A stretch of DNA of 64,000 nt from Sphagnum compactum. Taxonomy: Eukaryota. The position numbers and the translations under genes are program-made. Below, in pieces: positions 55,101 through 64,000 of this stretch. The stretch's first letter is position 1. The number at the start of each line of letters is the position of its first letter. Under the pieces are notes generated by a model. The model saw nothing but the letters and a program-made list of their open reading frames with translations. It ran no database searches and was not told the origin of the DNA. The stretch covers positions 22,868,213 to 22,932,212 of the forward strand of contig OZ234493.1 of the NCBI GenBank assembly GCA_965153455.1, read 5' to 3'.

Positions 55101-58033
55101 ACCCCAACAAATATGGCATGCAATTACGTTATATGATATAATGTTATTATAAAATTATATGAACATACAATTCCAAGAGGTAAAATCAACGTTATTTACC
55201 TTCATAAAAGTTTTCAAACATTCCAATAGTATGGAATAACTTGGATGGTCCTTTGTCGGTGGCTTGCAAATTATCAAGTGATTAGCGTCTTCAACTTTGT
55301 AATTGTTATTGTTTGATAATCGAGTAGCTGAAGCCATTGGGACTAAAATTCCATGTACATGTGCAAAAATTATTTTAGTTGAACAAAGAAGGAAATTTTT
55401 TAAACTTATTTCACAACTAATGTTTATAATTTCAAAAGTTATTGAACAAACCAACATAAGTTTCTATAACATAAAAAATGTTCAACCATGGAACTTAGTT
55501 GGATAGTCAATATGTTTAGATGAAAATCTTACCCATTTATTGTCAATAGGTAATCCTTCACCAAATGCATAAATGTTGAGGTCTTTGCAAATAGCTTTGT
55601 TAAAATCCACTGAAAGTTGTTCCATTTTTGGGTTGAAAGATTTCATATTTTCCAAAAGACGTAATTCGGTTGTATCCTTGGTGATTTGTTGACATTGCCA
55701 TTTGAAATATTTTGATAGATCTTGGGTACCACCAGCATGTGGTACACTATAAAACACCACACCTTTAAGATTGTTCAAGAAAATTTCACAATATTTTTGT
55801 ACTTCAAAATCGAAATCATTCATTGGCCTTTGATACACATGTTTGTGGGCTTCAACCACTAGGCTTTTGAATACAAGACCTCCGAAACTATAAGCAACAA
55901 TTGCCACCGGTTTGTCCCAAAGCATTCGATAACTACAAAATATTTCAAAATGCACCAAAATCCATTAGTAACATTTTTAATGTTAATGTACATGTGTTCA
56001 AAAAATCACAACATCATATATTGTATTTAATGCAATTTGTTAAAATTTAATAGAACAACGTAAGCCATAAGTCCATAACAAATTTGTTTGTAGGTTTTTT
56101 TCCATTTTTCATTTGTCTTCATTAGTCTACTTGTAAAATGTTCCAACCATGTTTGGGTTAATAACTTATTACCCACGAGCATGTACGCATATACTTCCAT
56201 GTGTTTATGGACAAATCATCTTTTATGTGTTACATTGAAAAATATATTCAAATATTAGAATGTAGGAATTCATAAGGACTATATATAATTTTTGAAATTA
56301 AATCTAACTACAAAGTGGATTCAATTTTTGTAAATTATATATATGTAATTGAACTTAGTTTGATTACCAAAGATGAAACTTTAAAAAACTCCCATCACAA
56401 ATTGCCACTACAACCAAATTGGTTTCCCATGGCTTCATAACGAAAACACATATTTTGTTAATGATTTATCGTCAACATGAGAATTAACATGAAAGCCCCA
56501 TTTCATGTTCTCCTCAATGAATTTGAAAGTTCCACAATGTTCAAGTTTTGGTGTCTACCACAATAATGCCCCACATTGAACAATTTATTCAAAGATGTCA
56601 AACACAAGCAATTATATTTAATTGAAACACATGGCAAGGAGTAAGATGTCCATAAATAAGGAAATAGACACACCTTGAATTTAAAACCAAGCTTTGAACG
56701 AGGTTTTTGCCAATTTCAGTCACATCATTGTGGACACTTTTGACATTAGAATCATATGACAGTGACAAAATTCTAATGTTGTCATTCAAGTCCTCCGGGA
56801 TCCACATTTGTGGCCAACATATGCATTTTTCTGTATCATCAATGGATTGTGTTGTCCATGTTTCCTTCCATTCATCATTAATCCCATAAGCAATCCCATG
56901 GAAAAAAATTATGGTCAAATTCGGATTCTTTGAAGTGCAATGATTTAAATCATGTACTGGATATCTCTGCAAAGGAAAAGAAAAAGAAAATGTCAAAAAG
57001 AATCATCAAATAAGTCTAGAAAATAATTTTATTATACATAAAGTTAAAGAAATGCAAGATTCATCGAGAGTACAATCATGATATTTGATATAGTTCATTG
57101 AAAATGTGAAGTAGAACAAGACAATAATCTATGAATTAAACAATAAACATATTCATCTTGCAACATCATTTAAATTAACTTTTAATTCCACAACAATATT
57201 TACAATTTTTTGGGCTTGTTAGTTTCCTCTCAAAAAGTAAAGAAAGTAAAATTAAAAAAAAAAGATTTGCATGCAAATTAAGTTTCAAAATATAATTCAA
57301 GAATTGAATATCATCACATAATGTTATGATGGCATATATGCCAATAAATTTAAGGACTAATGATAAGAATTGGAATCTTCAAATTTTGGATTTTTTAATT
57401 CAAACTATCTAATTTGGTTGATTTTCATTTCACTATGTTTTCCACAAATTCTGACCACCAAGGGCTCCAATTCCTAAGCAACTAGGACACAATCACAAGA
57501 ATAATGTTCAAGAGAATTCTTTAATAATTATGTTGTTGGATTTAGACCATTTTAGAGTTACTCATAATTTTACATTGAAAGTTGCAAACCTTATATATTG
57601 TATATGTGAACATAGTCAATGCCAAGTGACAAATTTTCCTTTCACCAATTCTACTTGTTATAGCAAAGTGAGTCCCAAATGTAAGAGTTTGTTTTGATAT
57701 CACTTCATTTCATATCGATAGATTTAAATGATGCAATGGAAAGCAAGCAAAATGATTGGTACTCAACAAAGAACCTCATAAACTAATGTCAAATTTCAAC
57801 ATGTATCTTTGGAAAGCCCAAGAAAAAGACTTGTGCAAAACGAGTTCAATCATAAAAGCAAGAGGATTCACCACATTGTTGCCTTGTCTAGAGATTGAAG
57901 GAGCAGTTTCACCAGAGATTGAAGGTGTGTTGATCACACCATGGATTGGCATAACATCCCCTTTTCTTTTTTTTGTTGGCCCTTGTGAAACATCAACACC
58001 TTTTCCCTCACGGTGAGAGAATGAATTTTCCAT
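49115..58033 (-). CDS. alpha/beta-hydrolase-NB-ARC-LRR (HNL-type) immune receptor, possibly pseudogenised; first stop at 51506
   Basis: Hydrolase exons 56966-56674 (IIFFHG, CWPQMWIP, RILSLSYD), 55932-55533 (VAYSFGG, FYSVPHAG) and 55352-55200 (DANHLIICKP). NB-ARC exon 55048-53990 (GMGGIGKTT, VLVVVDDV, GLPL, MFLDIACF, MHE). LRR exon from 53809. First exon near 58033 is tentative. In-frame stops at 51506, 50690, 50186, 50009, 49238 and 49115. Confidence 0.85.
49118..53452 (-). repeat. Tandem array of 60 near-identical 72-bp units encoding 24-aa LRRs
   Basis: The GATGT(A/G)GG anchor recurs at exact 72-bp phase from 53401 to 49153 with no indels. Consensus LQxLxLxxCxxLQELPTSIGQLNA. Confidence 0.97.
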
Positions 58034-58569
58034 ACCTCCCACTAGTCAAATTCCATTCATTAACTCCTCTCCTCTATATATTTCCTCTTCACTTTTTGCT
58101 CTCCAAAAACCTGCTAGAAGTCCTATGCCCTCTCAAAAGCATACACGTTATAAAGTGTCTCCATCACAAAACCCATTCTCACAACCTGATTTTTCCGCTA
58201 GCTCTCTGGAATATTGATTCCTTTCCACTTAATGGCCTCCCTGAAATTCCCCCACGCTTCTCTTACTCCTTTGCTTATCCTCAGGCCTCTTCAAGAACTC
58301 TTCTTCTCACATATCTTTCTTCTTTGTTTTCTCCTCTCCTAGAACTCCCTAGAAGGATTGTGCCATGACTGATGACAGAGTAAGCGTTTTGCCGATTCCA
58401 GGCCCCATCACTAATTTGTCTGGGACACAAGTCTATTTGCTTCTCAGAATTGAGGATACAGTTTGCTATTTAACGTTGATCGGTAAACATGCTTTACTGG
58501 TTCCGTCCAGGCTCCATTACTGTGACAATGCTTGTTTTACGCGTTTCCTGTCTGCTGATTTCACCCAGT

Positions 58570-60770
58570 GTCGCTGTGGAGCTTTATTGCAGAGATGATG
58601 TTGCAGGGAAATAATCTTTACTTGCTGACAACGGTGACTATGATTCCAGTAGCTTGAGGGAGAATGAAGCTACATGGACGGTTGTAACAAAGAAATTCGG
58701 AGTGGAAAAAAGTATGTTCTAGAGAGGTAGATATGGTGTAGATATGTGTGGCCATGGGTAAACCCAGCACCATACCATATGCTGGTACCATGGTAGAAAC
58801 CCCAAACTTTCTTTTGTTGCTTCTAATTATTATAACTATCCCACTCTAAAGACTATATTCAGGCCAGTGGTTGTTTTTTTTTGGGGGTGAGGTGTTGGGT
58901 TTTATTTTGTCTTTTTGGTTTCTCAAAATTTCTCATTCTTGTAACCTAAAAAATATGATTTCGACACATATGAAGGACTTTTGTAGAAATATGATCTTAA
59001 ATTCGCCAGATTTTGAAAAGATTAAATTGCCAGATTTCTACAATAGGTTCCAGCAGGTAGCCAATATATAAAAGGATACCTACATTTTTCTATTTTCACT
59101 CCTGGTCTATAGCCAAATTTGGCTAAATCTTCTTGCACGGACAATCACCAGTTTGGCTACACAACACAATTGGAAAGAATATCCTGGATTCAATGGCCTT
59201 GGGAGTTCAAATTTAACATTTGCCACATGGATATAGCCACTAAGAGGCCTCACTAAAAAAAAAGAAGAAAAGAAGAATGTTCCTAGGTAGGTGGTAGTTC
59301 ACTCTGGCAGACATGTAGGCACCATGCACTCTAAGGAGCACTGAGAAACATTTTGTGAAGGTAATGGGTCTATTACTGCAATGATGCAAAAAACTAGGGG
59401 GAAACAAAATGCCCTCCCTGCTCCTGGATTAAAAACTATGCTTTATAAGGTTACCTCCAGATACACTGCAAAATTGACTTGCTGTACAAAAATTTTGGAT
59501 TCAATGACTGAGACAAAGCGTGGAAATTTTGGAAGTATATACCACACACACATACGATATGTATGCTTTGGTTCCACGCCCTTGGACTGCGTGGGTGCGG
59601 CATGGGACCATGGGTTTGAAATGTGTGAATGTACGTCGTATTAGGAGGGTAGATGCTCCCAGCTTTAGAAGCATATACCTGACTATTTCAACTTTGGTTG
59701 TAGGCCAGGAAACAAAGGGAATCATCTTGAAGGTTGGCCCCCCGCTACCTACCGATTTGGAGGGAAAGTCTACTGATGATCACGTGTGGGTAGAGAAAAA
59801 CGCAATCTCCAAGGACACCTAGGTGTATGTATGTAGATCATTCTTGGGCGGGTATTAGAACCTGCCACAAGCTACTCCCGGATATCACCGGTTTAGGTTC
59901 TGAAGGCTCCTAATCGCGGTTCTCAGAAACCACCAAACACCCAGTTTTTTCTGATACATAACCCATGGTCCACAAACACATTTGAGAAAGTCAAATAACC
60001 GCTGGTTCTTCGGTGAAACCTGGCAGTTCTTGAAGGTTTGGAATATCGAGAACCGGAGTTTCTCCGATTCTGAAATGTTTGAAAAATAGGGCGGTTGTTT
60101 TTATAAAAGAAACTCAAGTGTGCCCCAACACTGAGATAGACACGACTGACACGCTTGGGTGGGCCTCACACGTTTACACAACAGAAATGATTTGTGGATG
60201 TGTTGAAAAAGCAGACATTGGTGGGCACAGCACGCAAGTCACTTCGCTGGGAATCAATTGCGACCCAGTCCATTGCTGGCGTAGTCCAGATTGAAGATTT
60301 ATTGAGTCAGTGACGCAGTCAGGTACCAAAAAGATACTTCAGATTTCATGGCATCGTACTGTCACCAACCCATTCTTGACTCAATCAAGATCAAAAGTTA
60401 GTCACCAGTATTTTACAAAACTTTTTGAAAAGAAATATTCTTGGGCGGCCACAGTTAACTATTAATTGTTTGACCTGATTTGATCAAACTGGCAGTGCCA
60501 AGTGACAGGAGGGAGTTGCAACCATATAAGCTCCCAATAGCTGGAATTTTGTGACTTTAAAAACAATTCGACTTGCTAGAGTTGTAGGGGACTTCAATCT
60601 GAATCTTCTGGTACTAAAAATGTGTAATGTGGGTGAGAAATGAGAAATCCCCACCATTGAATTTGGTGCAATTATATGAGATTCGGCCAACTTTCAAATC
60701 TTGGTGTTTTTGAAGCATTTGATTTAGCTACCATAGTTCAAGGATCCAAAAAAATTATAGTAGATGGAAG
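58570..60770 (+). pseudogene. Decayed multi-exon gene of unknown family
   Basis: AG/GT-bounded segments at ~58570-58711, 59450-59560, 59704-59824, 60214-60322 and 60681-60770 join in phase into protein-like text (..KKFGVEKSYLQIHCKIDLLYKNFGFND*DKAWKFWKYIP...HWWAQHASHFAGNQLRP...RFGQLSNLGVFEAFDL) with scattered stops. Confidence 0.35.
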
Positions 60771-61136
60771 GTGGGCATTTGATGTTGGTGAAAAAAGAAA
60801 TTCAACATTTGGACATGTTGAATTCAAAAGAAACGAATGGTCAAATTGCACATACAATGTCATTTACAAACAAGCCCCAAAAAAAAAGCAAGCTATTTTT
60901 ACTGTTTTAGGGCATGTTGTTGAGGCCCAGCGCCTCCCAGAATCCCGCCAACTTGACCTTCAAAACTGGAGATCTTTTTTTTAGTGGCTACAGCAGTCAC
61001 ATTAAGTATAGCTTTTCTGCCACCAATTGGCGATATATGCAAAAGTCATGTGAATGTACATGGCCGCAGTGACAAAATTTACATCAACTTATGGCCACAC
61101 AAGTCAAATTTCACATAGAGGCAGCCCATAGCTTAA

Positions 61137-62346
61137 GGCACGCTTTACACTAGGAGTCCAGGCCCAAAACACTTGGGGCCAACTTTGAGCATTTTTGGCT
61201 TTTTGTTGGCCCCAACTTACTTCTAAATGCTAGAACATTGACGTCAGGGTATTAATAAATGCTGGAACATTGGCCCTTACTTACTTACTTACTTACAATT
61301 TAGCGTCATTAAGTGGGCCAAACAGCGCCCGGGCCAGAGCCCAATTGACGTTAAGTCTAATGAAGCAATTCAGATCTAACCGTCTGACATTACACCAAGA
61401 ATCTAGCAAGGATGCCTTGCTGCTGACAGCTCAGCAATTCAGCCAAAGGTGAGATAGCAGTTAGTGGCAATGAACCTCTAAACCTCTTTCGAACACTTTG
61501 ATAGGCAGGGCAAACCAACAAGAAGTGGTCCTCATCCTCAACTGCACCCAAGTTGCATAATTTGCAATAATGTTGCTGCACCGGCACCTTCACTGGCTTG
61601 ACTTGCCTTCCTAGCTTAATCTGCAACTTGTGATTTGCACAACGAAAACGTGCCAAGCTTCTCCTAAGCTGTGCATTGTCTACCCTGGAGAGGTATTCTT
61701 TGTACCCATACTGTGCTGAGCTATTCAACCCTAGATAGGCTCTCACCCTGCTGGAGTCAGCTACAGCCACTTGATGGTGTACAATGTATTGCCTTTCAGC
61801 CAACTGCTTGAGGCGAGCACATGGTGGCAGCTGATCGTTATCGATGCACAAATTGTACGTCGACAGTCGTTCATTTACTTGTGCTAGCCAACAAGCAGGC
61901 AATCGGCTCTTTCTACCCACAGCATTCTGGTTCCCGAGTAAGATTTTTCGCCTGGCTGCAAGCAACTGCAGCTGTACATCATAGGCTAGCCTGAGCATGC
62001 GATCTGAGTCTACCTCAGAACTGACACGTGAGAAAAAGCGCATGGTCTGTTGCCACCAAAATATTTCTAGGGGAAACCTGCCAAACTCTGCCAGCACGAC
62101 GTAACTGGCCCCAAGGGTTGCAAATTGGTTTCCCAAATTCAACGGCATCCTTTTTTCAGCCTTGGGGTCAATACAAGGCTATAAAGTTCAGCATTTATTA
62201 GTAACTTGAGGCTGATTGAAAATATTTTTTCTATTTCAACCTTGACTGCTAGTGTAAAGCCCTTGAGGCCAATTTCAACTTTTGCACCAATAGGAATGCT
62301 TGATTTAGCTTGAACATTGGCCCTGACTCCTAGTGTAAAGCTCGCC
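61137..62346. mobile_element. PIF/Harbinger (Tourist-like) MITE hosting a LINE insertion
   Basis: TIRs GGCACGCTTTACACTAGGAGTC and GGCGAGCTTTACACTAGGAGTC (20/22 identical); TAA on both flanks. Confidence 0.8.
61277..62105 (-). mobile_element. 5'-truncated LINE (RTEX-like) with (GTAA)n tail
   Basis: Open frame YVVLAEFGRFPL...LARFRCANHKLQIKLGR...CKLCNLGAVEDEDHFLLVCPAY (C-terminal CCHC). (TTAC)5 tail at 61277-61296 and TSD TGGCCC on both sides. Confidence 0.8.
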
Positions 62347-64000
62347 TAAGATTGCATTTATGAAATTTACTTCCATTACTCCTTGCAAGAAATACTGAGC
62401 AATTGCATACTGTACCTACCATTGCTATGGGTACTTCTTTGCCAAATATTTATGTATTCTAGAAAACAAGGTTCTGTAGCTTCAAAATGAATTTTCAAAA
62501 ATTCAACAATTGAGGAAAAGTATGCAATGTACACCTTTCAGCTGTTATTTCTAATAATAACCCAATGGTTGGGACAATAAGGAAATTGTTAATGAGTTGA
62601 GAGTTTAATTCTCAACAATTTCAGCAAATATCGATAAAATTTCTCTCTTTTTTTTGGCAAGACCTCTTGAGAATTATTGCGAGCTGAACATCAATTGTAG
62701 GTATGATGCAGAGCTTGGCAACAAAATTACATGAATGTAGTCTATTGTACAGCATGGAAGGTGGTTGCTTCCAAGGCATGTGATAGTGCAAATTCTGGAG
62801 CATCAATGGTGAGGATCAAAGAAACAATGGGCGTTGGGCTAGAGAACAGGAGACCCTACATGGTGGCAAAAATAAAATAAAAATAAAATCATGGAATATC
62901 ATTTGCTCCACTATTTTTATGTTTCCTTTGAGTTCAATCTTTACAAGTGGTGTGAGATTTATTCTTATTTTGTGAGATGAAAGTACAAAAATGAATCATC
63001 ATCCGAATGGATGATGGGTGAAATTGACTAACAAAATGTAATGTTAGTTGATAGATAAAGCATGACCCCAAGCAATCTATGTTTATGAATGAAATTGATT
63101 TTGATTGATGAATCTAACCTTATTGATTGGAATGAATCAGGTCCAAATACAAGAACTATAATTTTGATGATTGAGAAATGACACAACTAGTTGAGAATTT
63201 TCCTAGTTCACAAATGGATGACTATTCATGGTGTTTCAAGATGAATTTAATTTCATCCATGGAATGTCATCCAAACTTTTATTTCGACCATGAATTCCAC
63301 TACAAGAATATATAAACTTTCATTCATAAACTTGTGTGGATAAATTCCAATCAAATTCATGGACAAATAAAACTTTAGACCATAATCCATGGATGAAATC
63401 AAATTCATCTCAAAACATTGTGAATGTTCATCCAATTGTTTCATTCATCAACAAGGAAAACTTCCATCTATTTGGGTCATTTTTCATTCATCAAAATCAA
63501 TATTCTTGTAGTTGGATATGATTCATACATGGATTTCATCCAATCAATGGGGTTAGTTTTATCCATCAAAATTAATTTTATTCATGGAGATAGATTGTTT
63601 AGGGTCATATTCTATCCATCGACACATATTTTAGTTTGTTAGTCAATCCAATGGTTTTTACAACTAGTTGCATGTAAAATGAACACAATTAAAATGAAAC
63701 AATTGAAAGTATTTTGTGCTTTTGAAACATGTATCAAACAAATACATTGCACAACTACATGTTTATAGTAGTGACAAAAGAGCACTAACCTCACCAAACC
63801 TCTAGAAATTTCCAAAACCCGAATAATGGGCTTAAAACAACGTAACTACCATGTGAGCCCATGAACGTGAATGGCAAACATGTGAACATGAGCTATGAAC
63901 ATGTGAGCTTGGCTTCGTGAACAAAAGAAAATGTTTTATAAAATGTTCTTGCCACGTGGACATAATACTCTTGATGATTCATGAAATTCCTATTGCCACA

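Noticed and set aside
62990-63650. ATCCATGGATGA-rich stretch with short ORFs
   Set aside because: Looks like a degenerate low-complexity repeat with no definable ends or coding signal.

Overview
Eukaryotic, intron-rich land-plant genomic DNA, probably a bryophyte (most likely Sphagnum-like; inferred from the repeat families and the hydrolase-NLR, not proven). A compact gene island at 22.9-38.8 kb holds four spliced genes: a divergent, probably plastid-targeted pirin-like gene (-), a class-3 lipase (+), an FSP1/AIFM2-like FAD/NAD(P)H oxidoreductase (+) and a YFH7/YggC-type P-loop kinase (-). It is flanked by transposon debris: a hAT-like element, three CRE-type non-LTR remnants, two solo LTRs with 5-bp TSDs, Helitron-like elements, MITEs, Harbinger, Copia and DUF659-hAT remnants, and a young RTEX-like LINE fragment nested in a MITE. 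The most striking locus is an alpha/beta-hydrolase-NB-ARC-LRR gene (49.1-58.0 kb, -). Its last exon is a perfectly phased array of 60 near-identical 72-bp LRR units that vary mainly at a few codons and are shuffled as modules. Only 27 units precede the first stop codon; 33 in-frame units lie behind it. Exon structures were read by eye and family calls are from motif recognition, with no database search.
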